A stretch of DNA of 64,000 nt from Selaginella moellendorffii (lineage: Eukaryota > Plantae > Lycopodiophyta), in NCBI RefSeq assembly GCF_000143415.4, contig NW_003314347.1, forward strand, positions 62,001 through 126,000, written 5' to 3'. A program made the position numbers and the translations under genes. The notes under the pieces are model-generated. The model saw only the letters and a list, made by a program, of their open reading frames with translations, was not told the origin of the DNA and did not search any database. Positions 1 through 13,447 of the stretch are shown in pieces; position 1 is the stretch's first letter; every line of letters starts with the position of its first letter.

Positions 1-3000
1 TGTACTTTGTAGGTGGACGATGATGGGAGTTGTAACACCGTTGTTGTCCCAATTGTACACGGCCTAAGTGTTCAACAAACTTTGCTAAAACAAGTGGAAG
101 AATGCTTGACAAATACTGATCCTACGGCCTAGCATCGACAGCGTGTAGCAATTGCAAAAGTAAACCTAGCTCCATTGGTAATATTAGATCATGACCATAT
201 AAAAATTTATATGGTGAAAAACCAACAAAACTCTACACCCTTGTGATGTATACATACTGAAGAAATGGCAAAAAATCATCATAATCCAAATGCTAAAAGT
301 TTACATACTTCGCAATCATTCTATTGAATGTTTGAATGAGCCATTCCACCAAACTGTCTGACTGTGGATGATAGACACTTGTGAAAGTATGGTGTATCCC
401 CAACCGAGACGTCAAAACATGAAATGCCTTAGCCATAAATGCAGGACCATTATCTGAAAGAATCCGCTTTAGACAAGAATGTTGAAACACCACTCGATTG
501 AGGAGGAAGTATCCAACAGCAGTGGCAAATGCGCTAGCAAGAGCACCAATTTCCACCTAACGAGTCAAATAGTCAAAAGAAATAATAACATATTCATTGC
601 TAGCAGTCGATCGTGGAAAAGGTCCTATAAGATCAAATGCCACCAACTCAAATAAACGGGAAACTGCAATTGACTCCAACCGTCCTTTTATAGCACAAGG
701 GGGAATATTACGAGCTTGGCACCAAATGCAGCTACGCATATACCAAATAACATCACGTCGCATCTCCAGCCAATAGAAAGACTCACGTAGCTTCTTGGTC
801 ATATAACAATGTTTTATATGCCCGCTTAAAACAAGAGAATTATGATAAACATAAAGAAACCGTGGAATAAAGATGGAAGGCACCACCAACCGTAAATGAT
901 CATCAGGATCTGTCCCCACAAAATAAAGAAGGCCATCTTCAAGGTGATATTAAAAATGCAAATGCCAAAATGGCAAGTCATTAGCAAGTGATGTAGAATT
1001 CTCAAACCCATCTCAAAGCCTTTAAATCCATATCTCAATCGAGCTTTGTGAATTTTATCGAGAGAAGGTAGATTTTGCTTTGCACCTTCTGGACATTGAA
1101 CATCAAGTATAACCATTGTTAATAGCATAGAATCCTCATCTAAAAAATCCACAGATGCTAGAACAACATATTCGTCAAAAATATGAGAAAAGAGTGAAGA
1201 AGGAAGAGAAGCTCAAAAAAGGGCATTAGTATCAGCCATAGAACTCCCTAGGCACTGAACAACATCAAAATCATATATCTGAAATTTCAAAGCCCACCAA
1301 GCAATACGACTAACCAGGTTCTCCTACTTCAATAATGAAGTAATGGCAGCATGATCACCTTCTAATTATGTTCAAGAACCATGTAGATATGCATGAAATT
1401 TCTCAAAACCCTAAACTGCTGCTAAACATTCCTTTTCTATCGTGGAATAGTTCACCTCCGCTGGTTGTAATATACGACTTATATATGTAATATGATGGTG
1501 CTGACCAGACACACTTGGGCTCTCTTGCATCAATACACCTCTAAGACCAATATCAGAAGCATCTATGCGCAAAATGAAAAGTCATGTGTAGTCAGAATAT
1601 GCCAAAACCAGAGGAGTTGTCAATAGTTCTTTGAGATCCATGAACGCTCACTCACAATACAGAGACCAGATGGAAGATGACGTTGATAACCTTAGTAACA
1701 CTCATAACATTGAAGTGCGATCAAAAAGATGATCCACAAAATAACCAAGATACTGCCCTAGAATGCATTACACATCATTCACACACTTTGGAGTCGTGTT
1801 TGGGTCCAAAGACACAACTTATCTTGGGTACCATATTTCTTGTGAGGGTTTGCAAATTGATTTTCACAAACTTGTGGCTATTCTAAAGTTTCCTCACTTC
1901 GACCACTTCAAGTTTAAACTAATGTTCCGTGACCGATCCAACACTTTACAAACATCATGTGTTCCTCCCACGTCCCCTCCAAGTGGATTAAGACATCATT
2001 AATGAAGTTAGCAATCACCTCCAGCATATCATAAAGAGCCTTGTCCATCATTCGCTGGAAAGTTGTTGAAGCATTGTTCAAACCAAATAACATCACCAAA
2101 AACTCATACAAACCACACGATGTATGAAACACAGTCTTAGGAATATCTTCTTCAGCCATCGGTACTTACCAATACCCAGAAACAATATTTAGCTTGGTGA
2201 AGCAACGACTTCTCCCCAGACAATCCAAGAGACCAATAGTGTGAGGAAGAGGGTACACATCCGGGATTGTCACTTCGTTTAACGGATGATAATCAATGCA
2301 GAAACAAATACTCCCATCAAGTTTCATCACAAGATGAAGTTCATATACTCAAAGACTCCACAACTTTCAAATAACACCCTTTTTTAACATTTCCTTAATG
2401 TTTGCATATAAAATCTTGATCTTTTTAGGTGATCGACAATGAATAGGACCCTTAATTGGATGAGCATCCCTAGTTGGACGTGTGGCAATCTTAGCCTTAG
2501 ACAAAAGGTCAAATTCAAAGAGATCGACATACTCCTTTATGAGTCAGTCAACCACTGCAACACAAAGACTGTCAGAGGGATCTAAAAAGGGAAGAGTGGA
2601 ACAAGATGGAAACATAGGAGGAAGTAATGGAGAGACAAAAGTAATGGAAGCAGAGGTAAAAATAGAGGGATGAAGAAGTACAAAAGTTAAAGGAATGGAT
2701 AAAATATAAAAAATTATAAGACAAAAGGGAGAAGCCTCAAAGTCACACTTGGCATAATTGTGCTGCAACTAATCCATACCAAGGATGAGATCAAAAGCTT
2801 GACTCGTCATCACCCGCAATGACTGCAACCCAAGCTTAAGATCACCCACACACACAACTAGGTCTGCCTCATCCCATGCACATGCATGTGTACAGCCGTT
2901 GCCATAAAGAATGAAAATTGGCTCCACCGCATGACATAAGTGTAGACGGCAATGTGTGGCAATAGGTCAAGCAATAGAACTCAAACCTATATCCACCAAT

Positions 3001-3523
3001 ATAAAGAGAATAATAAGAGACCTCTTGTTATAAAAACGGGCTTGGAAAGTAAACATTGGATGAACTAGTGCCAAGTGAACCCCTTGATGATACTCTCGAA
3101 AGAAAGATGGAGGGGCTATTGACTTATTCGCGCAAGGTCCCTCCATTACTCATGCGACTTCTCATTTCCCGGATGCATTTCAATGTTAAGACTTTCCACT
3201 ACAGCAGCACCAACATGACATTGTTGATGCCAAGATCTCCACCTAGGAAATGGAGACTGCCAATCTGGAAAATGCCGATAACGCTAATAAGTGTGACTAA
3301 CTTTATCACATGCTTAGCAATGAACATCACGTCTACAACCACATCCTCACCCTTGTCCTTGGACTTGAGTAGCAGCAGCATTAACCTCCATTGGAACAAG
3401 ACCATTACCCACAGGAAGTAGAACTAAAGGACCTGCAGTGAAAAATGGAAGAGGTGGAAGACTAAACTACATCACCGACTCAAATGGCCCTTGATGAAAA
3501 TGATGTAATTGTTGGAAGGTATT
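1..3523 (-). mobile_element. Decayed Ty3/Gypsy LTR retrotransposon, gag(3')-PR-RT-RH-INT part (host element; runs off the left edge)
   Basis: Minus-strand domain order: gag zinc knuckle (C*ACDKVSH, ~3290-3325), protease (ILVDIG ~2985-3005; FDLILGMD*L ~2770-2797), RT (KTVFHTSCGLYEFLVMLFGLNNASTTFQRMMD...FINDV, 1914-2159), RNase H (IDASDIGLRGVLMQE; YSTIEKECLAAV, ~1415-1570), integrase (HHCC and FDLIGPFP, 557-919; SDNGPAF...YHPQSDSLVE, 293-556). Many stops and frameshifts. Confidence 0.93.
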
Positions 3524-5212
3524 TGTAAGCGACTAAATTTTCCATTTTACTTTAGTCACTTAACCGCACCTCTGACCACTTGGAGGAGTCTCACTCACAA
3601 CCTCCGTAAGACCTATTTTGGACTTGGGCTTACTAGCCCCGAGAATGGCATTCCCGCCACTCAACTTCGTGCACTTGGTCCAAGTGCTCCACGTGTCCGA
3701 TCCCATGACCGACACCCCAAAGTACCACCAACATATCAGCCTATTACGCTAAGGCCATGCCCATTCACCTTGGTCACAACGATAGTCTGACACCACCTGC
3801 ATCCCAGTCCCGTCACTCAAAGACTGGGCCATCCATCCATGAGTGATCATCCCAGATCCACTCCTTAGCATCCTTAGGATGCCCACCGACATGGGGATTA
3901 GCCTTCCCCAATATCTCCGTTCCAATCCCCACTAAGTCCCTTTTCGTCCATGGCCGTGTTCGCCAACACTACCACTGGATCGAGGCCCACAGGCCTGACC
4001 ACTAAGTCCCACGGTCCTCTGGGACTTCCTCACCACACGACTGTGTCCTTGGTCACTACCCCAGAGGACTGCTCCTCTTCCTTTCCACAGTATGGGCCTT
4101 TGGGACAACATTTCGGAACACCGTGGCCTTACGCGAGCCACCTGGGTACTCTCCCCACCTTCCGCCCTTGGGTGCTCTAGCCATGGGCTTAGAGCGAGGT
4201 TCCGTTGAGCCACGCCTGGTATCCAAGTAGGTAGTGCCACCCACACTTGGACTGGGAGCATCGGTCAGTCGATCTCCCGGGGGAACTAGAGCCGGCTCTT
4301 GAACACTTCACCAAGCTACCCCGCTTGTCGGTCCATGTTCACTCTAGTCTTGGACTTCCCAGTGGTCAGCTCATCACCCAACACTGGGTCTGGCCTTCCT
4401 GGGCCAAACTGGCCTTTCCTGGCCAAACTGGCTCCACTGGGCTCCAACCCCCACACTCTCCCTACTATACTTTTGGAACCCCCCACAGCGCCCCCCCCTG
4501 GGAGACGATCACTTTGGGCTTTCACCCAACTGCCTGTATTAGTATTCGGACTCGGACTCGAACTCGAACTCGGACTCAGACTCGGTCTTGGTCCCGGATT
4601 CGAACTCGGTCTCGGTCTCGGTCTCGGCCTCAGTCTCGGTCCCGGTCTCGGTTCCATCTCGGACTCCATCTCAGACTCCATCTCGGGTCCATCTCGGACT
4701 CCATCTCAGGTCCATCTCGGACTCCATCTCGGGTCCATCTCGGACTCCATCTCGGACTCCATATCGGACTCCACTTCGGGTCCATCTCGGACTCCATATC
4801 GGACTCCACTTCGGGTCCATCTCGGACTCCATCTCAGACTCCATATCGGACTCCACTTCGGGTCCATCTCGGACTCCATCTCGGACTCCATATCGGACTC
4901 CACTTCGGGTCCATCTTGGACTCCACTTTGGGTCCATCTCGGACTTCAACTCGGGTCTGCCTCGGACTCCATCTCGGACACTTCCACGTGTCATGTGTTG
5001 GTCCTTTTTGGGTCCCTTTTTGGAGCCTTGCTTATTGGTTGCCTTGTGCTTGCTCCTCGAGCACTTTGTTGGGAGTTCCACTCCCACTCTTGACCTTCCA
5101 AGTCGGAGCTTTTAGTCCAAACGTGTTATGCTCGTTTGGCTTTCGCTTCGGCCACTACCACGTGGCACCCTTTCTGGCTCCACTTTGGGGCCTAGGGATT
5201 TTGTGTCTCACA
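3524..5212 (-). repeat. 3' LTR of the nested element (1689 bp)
   Basis: Begins TGTAAGCGACTAAATTT and ends TGTGTCTCACA on the + strand; highly similar to 9307-11050. Confidence 0.95.
4540..4980. repeat. Degenerate 6/12-bp tandem array (GGACTCCATCTC / GGGTCCATCTC) inside the LTR
   Basis: Direct reading; it generates the low-complexity overlapping ORFs at 4247-5275, 4299-5093 and 4588-5115. Confidence 0.9.
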
Positions 5213-5226
5213 ACTCCACCACCCAT
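5213..5226 (-). other. Putative polypurine tract of the nested element
   Basis: Minus strand reads ATGGGTGGTGGAGT immediately before the 3' LTR. Confidence 0.65.
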
Positions 5227-8200
5227 AGACGAAGTTCGATGTCCTCATCGAACGATAAACTATTTTATAAAGTAACACCCACATGTGTTACCATTTCCAT
5301 CTTTGACACCTAGCCAATATTTGTCAATAGTTTGACATTGAAGGCTCCCCATGCCTTCTCCATATTCGTCAATGGTTTGACACCAAAGGCTCACTATGCC
5401 TTGCCCATCCTTTAAGGAGCATAGTCTTTCCAACATAGAGACTTATTCAACCACCTAGGGTGGTTTGCTCCCTTTTATTGGTTCAGTTCTCACTAAACCT
5501 GTTAGAGACATCTTCTCTAACTCAATTCCCACTACACATTCTCGAGTGGTCTTAATTTCCATCTATTGAACGTTTGCATCTTAGAACTTTTACTCTTTGA
5601 CTTCTAAAAGTCAATTTCTTAGGTGTCTCCAACACCTTCCCTTGCACCTTTTGTGCAACTCCACTTCCCATCCTAGGAAGTTCTCTACTCGAGGGCACCA
5701 TCATCCTCTCTTCTATTTCGTGCCACCCTGGGGCACTAAGTTCCAGTTATCATACTTTGTGCTAGGGCTGTTCATGGCCCTATCATTTGGCTACCTTACC
5801 ACTCCCTGGAGCTTCCCCTTTCGCCAAATTGGAGCAATTTGGAATCCATCCTTGGAAACACACTTCCTTTCCCGCAATTTGTTAGCGTCCAACACATTAG
5901 TGCTCCTCGCCTAACTTTGCCACTTGGATTCCTTCCAAGGGATTCCACGGCCCTATCTTGGCCACTCATCTTTTGCTCCTATCCGTTGATTGTTGCACTA
6001 AGCAACACCGAATCTCTACCTCCCTCCTTGAGGTATTCTTTTGATTCCATAGCAAAGGCTCTACTTTGCCAAGACTAGGGTGTTCACCCCTAGTAAGTCT
6101 CTTTAGCATCTTCTGCTGTGGGCTTTATCCACGGCCCAACTTTGTGACCCTCCCATGGGTCTCTTTAGAGACTACTTTCCTTGGACACACTATGCCATCG
6201 CAATGACATAGCTCATTTCCCTAAGGTGCTTTTCCCACTTGGTCACCTTGACCAAGCCACACCATCATCAATAGTTCAAATCAACACTTTGAACTAAGAA
6301 CTTTATTCTTTAGCCTAAACAAGAACCTTGTCCTTATTTAGCCACAAGATCACCTAGTGATCTTACCTCGGCACCTTAACAGGTTTGCCAATAGGTACTA
6401 AGTCTTCCAGACCTTTAACTTGTTAACTACGACCCCGGGGGCATCCCCCACACTTGGCGGTGCGCCCAAGCCAACTCTTCCGGCCAAGGGTCCATAGCAA
6501 CTGAGACTGGGTGTCCCCATCTCATTCACCACGTCTTTGGTGCCACTTGCACCAAAGTGTTCAAGTTAGATATGCTGAGCCACACTAAACAATCTAACCA
6601 TGTATCACGACTCCAGGGCATCCCCCACTTGGTGGTGTGCCCAAGTCAGTCTCCTCACTGAGAGTCCATGACCACCGAAATATGAGTGTCCTCATATTCC
6701 AAACCATCACCACGCCCTAGTGATTTGGGACTCGAACCCAAGCACTAGAGGGTCGAGACTCGAACCCAACCTCCGTATATGCATCTACGGACGGCATCAC
6801 CCAGGATGTCTGGCATGATTCATCACGCCGGTGCACCAACTTATATTTAAAGCACACTACAGATCACAGCTTAGGAACCTAGTTCCTCCACACTACCAAG
6901 TCCTCTTACTTGACAAGTCTGTGATCATGCATGGACTCCTCCATGCTTGGCCCCATAGCCCACCCTTTTTGAAGTTATCACCTTCAACTAGGGTATTTGT
7001 TCCCCCGACTTGCCAATCTCACTTGGCAAGTCCTCCGACCACTGTAACATGGTTCCTGCATAAGCATGAAAGTCCTTGACCATCGACTTTCGTTCAAAGC
7101 CCTCTCTTTGAACACTCGGGAACTACTTCCCTAACCTTGATAGCCTTGCCTCATGGCAAGCTTCAAACCATGCTTCTGCTGCGCCACTCTGATTTCGCGC
7201 GTTCCATGAACCATTTACACTTGGCCTTTCTAGGTACTAAGCTACCTAAAATCGTCTTTGGGAACCTTGAAGGAATTCTGTCCCTTGCTAAGGCCTCCTT
7301 TTTCGCAAGCTTTATAGTTGCCATATAGTCTAACATGGACAATTCCATATTTTAGACTTTCCATGGCATCACAGTTGCTAGCAACAACATCCTTGAGCAC
7401 CCTCTTGATTCTCCACTCCCAACTCGCATATCCACCGTTGGATATGCCCTTCGATTTCTATGGTTCAGTTCCATCCCAATACTATTTGCCTTTTAGCCCT
7501 ATATGTTTCCTTTGGTTATTCTCCTCCAGATTAGGAGGATAACTTTGCACATTTTACTATGCCTTAGCAAGTATTCTTAGGGATGAACCTACCCGATAGC
7601 CTAGGGAGTGGTTCCTCAATCTTGGGCATGCTCACCTTATAATCTCACACATCGGGATTAATGTTGCTGCTTATGGGCCTTTACATGCCCATCAATAGCC
7701 TTGCCAAAATTCCATTTTTGGCTTTGTCCAATTCGAGTAGACAGTCTTCTCCTGTCTTTGCAACCTTGGACATTTGGATAGCACCTACTATCCATCATTC
7801 GCTAAGGACTTAGTCCCTTGGGCTTTATCTATTGCCCTTGCAACACGAAACACCACCTCCTGGTGTTCTAGAGTGTTTGTGTGTCCCAATGATGGCCTCC
7901 TGACAATGAGCATTCATGTTTACGACATTGACTTACTATATCGCAACATAAGCAATTTATCCCCTGTAAGGGTATATCTAACTTCTTTATGCCATTAAGA
8001 AGTCTTGGGTAGCTACCTTCTACCCATTTAACCAATTATTTTGCACCTCTTGCTTAGTTGCCCTATAGTTGTCAAGTCCTACAACTCATTGCTCGGTGCT
8101 TCCACACCTCCATCATTATCTGGGTCACCACACTCCAACTGCATGTCTTTCAGCTTAGGCCCTGCCATTCCCGCTTCCGTTGGGATTCCCTTGGCAAGGG

Positions 8201-9291
8201 GTTTTTATGAACCCATCATCATAACCTCAAGGTATTACACCTTGGCACATTTGGTGTCTTCACACCATCGGCCCCACGAGCCTACCTTTATGACACTACT
8301 TATTAGTGTCTAGGTCTTGCCAAGACCAATATAGTTGTTCCTCATGCTAACTATTCGTTAGCACCGCACCATAGTGTTTGCACCCTACTCTGGGCCAAAG
8401 TTGCTTTCTTCTGGGAACATCTTTCCCACAACTTTAGTATGGCACATTTTGCCCTCAATGAGATACCTATTATTCTCATACTTGGATCTTATGATCCTCC
8501 CCATACCTCATGGGGCACCATACACTTCAGTCCAAATGCTCCAACCAATCCCTTAGGACCATTCCCTGACTCCGCTTGAGTCATCCAGCATTTTAGACTT
8601 TGCTAATCCAAAAACCTGCGAGGTCTCAGTCTTAGAGATGCCAACTCTCTAGAATACAACTTCTTGTATTCATGTCCTACTCACAAGGACAATCTTTACA
8701 AGTGTTACTCTGACACTTGATGATTTTCTTGGGGTTAACCTTTGCCCCTTATGACTACTTGTCCATGTGATGAGAATAGCAACTCATCTTTAAGTACACC
8801 CCCAACTCCTTGGGTTGTTCTAGCATTTATTAGAGGTAGCCCCGCCTACCATTTCAAGGACTGATGCCCTCTTCTGTATTTGACCTCCCACGGTCAACAA
8901 TTCCGGTCTCAAATTTATGAGTACCAGCCTCAACCATATAAGGGTAATCTTGTGATTCCTTTATTGTTTTGGAGTCTGCATCTTTCCCGTGATCCCAACT
9001 ATAGTTGTTTACCACAACTACATTAGCTCGTTTGCTGCATCAAACGCTCATCTGGATCACATCCTCAACTCTCTGAGGAAACCCTTATACTGTTCCCAAG
9101 ATCCCAAAGTCATTCCATTATTGGCCCTTTTCTATCCACCACCTCACCTACAAGTTCACACATGAACTGTAATGGAGAGCTATGTCTTCCCGACCTACTA
9201 CTCCTCAAGGATAGGCCCACTCTTCGGACCTTCCGATGCAAACACCGGTGGTGATATACTTGAGCACCAATAAAAGTCGGACTAAAGAACA

Positions 9292-9303
9292 GCTCCGATA
9301 CCA
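9292..9303 (-). other. Primer-binding site (tRNA-iMet type)
   Basis: Minus strand TGGTATCGGAGC, 3 nt from the LTR end; one mismatch from the canonical plant iMet PBS TGGTATCAGAGC. Confidence 0.85.
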
Positions 9304-9306
9304 AGT

Positions 9307-10253
9307 TGTAAGCGACTAAATTTTCCATTTTACTTTAGTCACTTAACCACACCTCTGACCACTTGGAGGAGTCTCACTCACAACCTCCGTAAGACCTATT
9401 TTGGACTTGGGCTTACTAGCCCCGAGAATGGCATTCCCGCCACTCAACTTCGTGCACTTGGTCCAAGTGCTCCACGTGTCCGATCCCATGACCGACACCC
9501 CAAGGTACCACCAACATATCAGCCTGTTACGCTAAGGCCATGCCCATTCACCTTGGTCACAACGATGGTCTGACACCACCTGCATCCTAGTCCCGTCACT
9601 CAAAGACTGGGCCATCCATCCATGAGTGATCATCCCAAATCTACTTCTTAGCATCCTTAGGATGCCCACCGACATGGGGATTAGCCTTCCCCAATATCTC
9701 CGCTCCAGTCCCCACTAAGTCCCTTTTCGTCCATGGCCGTGTTCGCCAACACTGCCACTGGATCGAGGCCCATAGGCCCGACCACTAAGTCTCACGGTCC
9801 TCTGGGACTTCCTCACCACACGACTGTGTCCTTGGTCACTACCCCAAAGGACTGCTCCTCTTCCTTTCCACAGTCTGGGCCTTTGGGACAACACTTCAGA
9901 ACACCGTGGCCTTACGCGAGCCACCTGGGTACTCTCCCCGCCTTCCGCCCTTGGGTGCTCTAGCCATGGGCTTAGAGCGAGGTTCCGTTGAGCCACGCCT
10001 GGTATCCAAGTAGGTAGTGCCACCCACACTTGGACTGGGAGCATTGGCCAATCGATCTCCCGGGGGAACTAGAGCCGGCTCTTGAACACTTCACCAAGCT
10101 ACCCCGCTTGTCGGTCCATGTTCACTCTAGTCTTGGACTTCCCAGTGGTCAGCTCATCACCCAACACTGGGTCTGGCCTTCCTGGGCCAAACTGGCTCCA
10201 CTGGGCTTCAACCCCCACACTCTCCCTACTATACTTTTGGAACCCCCCGCAGC

Positions 10254-10284
<31 letters not shown>

Positions 10285-11050
10285 GGGGGACGATCGCTTT
10301 GGGTTTTCACCCAGCTGCCTGTATTAGTATTCGGACTCGGACTCGGACTTAGACTCGGTCTCGGTCCCGGATTCGGACTCAGACTCGGTCTCGGTCTCGG
10401 TCTCGGCCTCAGTCTCGGTTCCATCTCGGACTCCATCTCGGACTCCATCTCGGGTCCATCTCGGACTCCATCTCGGACTCCATCTCGGACTCCATCTCGG
10501 GTCCATCTCGGACTCCATCTCGGACTCCATATCGGACTCCACTTCGGGTCCATCTCGGACTCCATATCGGACTCCACTTCTGGTCCATCTCGGACTCCAT
10601 CTCGGACTCCATATCGGACTCCACTTCAGGTCTATCTCAGACTCCATCTTGGACTCCATATCGGACTCCACTTCGGGTCCATCTCGGACTCCATATCGGA
10701 CTCCATTTCGGGTCCATCTCGGACTCCATATCGGACTCCACTTCGGGTCCATCTTGGACTCCACTTTGGGTCCATCTTGGACTTCAACTCGGGTCCGCCT
10801 CGGACTCCATCTTAGACACTTCCACATGTCATGTGTTGGTCCTTTTTGGGTCCCTTTTTGGAGCTTTGCTTATTGGTTGCCTCGTGCTTGCTCCTCGAGC
10901 ACTTTGTTGGGAGTTCCACTCCCGCTCTTGACCTTCCAAGTCGGAGCTTTTAGTCCAAACGTGTTATGCTCGTTTGGCTTTCGCTTCGGCCACTGCCACG
11001 TGGCACCCTTTCCGGCTCCACTTTGGGGCCTAGGGATTTTGTGTCTCACA
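9307..11050 (-). repeat. 5' LTR of the nested element (1744 bp)
   Basis: Same termini as 3524-5212; contains a ~30-nt poly-C run (~10255-10283) and the 12-bp array (~10330-10815). Confidence 0.95.
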
Positions 11051-12100
11051 GTATTATCACAATCGTCAGCATGTCCAAATGCATGTTTAAAGACATCTAA
11101 AAGAACACTTTAATCCCCACGAGTTTCTACACTCAAACCATTGTACCATTGTAGTGCTGTCCCTTGGAGACACGTGGGAAACTCATGCAAACATCAAGCA
11201 TCATCCCAAGAATGATATGTGGCAATCACTATAAAGTGATTAAATCAACAATACACATCATTCCCAGGATTCCCACAAAAGAACTCGGGCCGAACGCAAG
11301 GATTGGCACCAAGAGCAAGAGCTATACCACTTGCCGTGAATGCCACCATCAATTGAGTTTGGTTGTTCAATTGCAATCTTATAGCATCAAACAATTGCAC
11401 TAACTTTTGCTCTAGAGTCAAAGGAGGAAAAGACTACTGCTCTGCTATAAAGATAAATGAAAAGGAAAGAACAAAATAAGAGAAATGAAAAAATGCTAAA
11501 AGGAAAGGGAGATTTAAATGATGCAAAAACTAAATCTAAACCAAAATCTTAAAAGGAAAGAATAAAAAAAAGGAAATGGAAAAAGTTAAATCTAGATAAT
11601 GCAAAAGGTAGATCTAAACTAAAATCCCAAATCCAAACACTTCTTAGGGACAATGAAAGGTGCACCTCATCTCCACCAATTGAGGGCATTGAATATGGAA
11701 AGGGATATGTATATCAATTAGCCCAAAAATCCTAATTTATATATAAGAGTGAGTGGTCCGAATTGAAATCAATCCGATGGCTACTAAAATCCAATTATGC
11801 TAATATTAGTATACGGTATCATAGCCATACATTTGGACCTCACACACACACACAGATATATATCACCTTTGGTTTGTTCTCATAGAGTTTTATGGTTTTC
11901 AATTGTGTGCCACATTGACACATGGCATACACTTTGGTTTGTGCTCAGAGTTTTATGGTTTTCAATGTGTGCCACATTGACACGTGGCATGTGCTTTGGT
12001 TTGTTCTCATAGTTAGAGTTTAGTGTCCTTGACCTTGTATGCCATGTGACATACATATGTTTGGACTTGCTTGCCATGCCACGTGGTGAAAATCACAACA
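11051..12100 (-). mobile_element. 5' remainder of the host Gypsy element: N-terminal gag, putative PBS and putative 5' LTR (~11332-12100)
   Basis: Minus strand 11131-11190 translates LHEFPTCLQGTALQWYNGLS (retrotransposon gag L.G.A..WY motif). TGGTATAGC at 11321-11329 follows a CA end at 11332; the segment to ~12100 begins TGTTGTG on the minus strand. The partner LTR is outside the window, so the LTR limits are inferred. Confidence 0.6.
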
Positions 12101-13011
12101 CATTCTTTGTGACTTAATAGCTAACTAATGACACAATTTGGCAAATACACCTTACATTCACAATTGTAAATAGGCCCACTCCATGGCTGCAGCCGAGTAG
12201 AGATAGACTTAAGCAGACGTGTCAATCCTGTGCATGAAATGCTCTTTATATATATACCTCTTTATATATATATTATTTACTTATTTACTTATTTATTTAT
12301 CTTGTCACTAGTATAAGAATTATATAGTTATAATATGGTGAGGAAGTCCTAATGGTCAATGGGACTTAGTTATAGATGGTGTCCTATAATACTTTCACCA
12401 CACAATCTTACACTTACACTTAATATAATTTGCCATTATTGCACAATAGAATGCTGTAGGATCATAGGATTAAAATGGAGAATAATCCCTCTACTTTTCC
12501 TTTTAAAAATGTATAAACAATTGCAGATTAATGATTGTTGCAAAACCAATTAAGGTAATGAAAAAGGAAAAACAAACTTTACCTTTTAAAGATTAAAAAC
12601 CAATAATCTGAGTATTTTTCATATTCTGCACTTCCTTTATAAAGTTTTTGTTATTACAGTTTTGAATAAGTTCAATTTGATGCAATTATTTACAGCATTG
12701 TTTGACAACCATTTTTGAGGCAAAAGAGAATTTAAATCCTCTTTATCTTGTGTAGTCATAGTGTGGAAATTAAGCATAGAATGAATATCTCCAAACTGTT
12801 AACCTCAAAAAGCTCAATAAATACTGATCAATCAACATCAATCTTATCAACAATAATCTAGAAAGAAGCGAGGTTTTGACTTCTTGACATTATATTAAAA
12901 TATTACATGATATTTAGTTCATATGCTGGTGATGTTAAATCTATCTTATTTGTGCTGTGTAAATTTGTGCATAGCAATACTCTTCTGATTGTCAATCTAT
13001 ACCTCCTATGT

Positions 13012-13447
13012 AACAACCAAGACTTTTCCATAGCACAATCAATTAAGCATAATTTATACTTTTATAATTGTTTGTGTGGAAATTTGCAACAACCAAGACT
13101 TTTCCATAGCACAATCAATTAAGCATAATTTATACTTTTATAGTTGTTTGTGTGGAAATTTGCAACAACCAAGACTTTTCCATAGCACAATCAATTAAGC
13201 ATAATTTATACTTTTATAGTTGTTTGTGTGGAAATTTGCAACAACCAAGACTTTTCCATAGCACAATCAATTAAGCATAATTTATACTTTTATAGTTGTT
13301 TGTGTGGAGATTTGCAACAACCAAGACTTTTTCATAGCACAATCAATTAAGCATAATTTATACTTTTATAGTTGTTTGTGTGGACTTTTCTATAGCACAA
13401 TCAATTAAACATAATTTATACTTTTATAGTTGTTTGTGTGGAGATTT
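13012..13447. repeat. 76-bp AT-rich minisatellite, ~5.8 copies
   Basis: Unit AACAACCAAGACTTTTCCATAGCACAATCAATTAAGCATAATTTATACTTTTATAGTTGTTTGTGTGGAAATTTGC starts at 13012, 13088, 13164, 13240 and 13316, plus a truncated sixth copy. Confidence 0.95.

Larger units (their letters stand above)
3524..11050 (-). mobile_element. Full-length nested LTR retrotransposon, apparently non-autonomous (LARD-like)
   Basis: Two ~1.7 kb direct repeats with TG...CA ends (3524-5212, 9307-11050); 5-bp TSD GTATT at 3519-3523 and 11051-11055; PBS and PPT placed for minus orientation; no long ORF in the 4.1 kb interior. Confidence 0.95.

Noticed and set aside
4247-5275. Long RS/SISD-repeat ORFs (also 10030-11113), resembling SR proteins
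   Set aside because: They are open in several frames on both strands only because the 6/12-bp LTR array lacks stop codons; they are duplicated with the LTR and frameshifted between copies.
13012-13447. Regular repeat array resembling CRISPR
   Set aside because: Units are contiguous 76-bp copies with no unique spacers, there are no cas genes, and the context is eukaryotic. It is a minisatellite.
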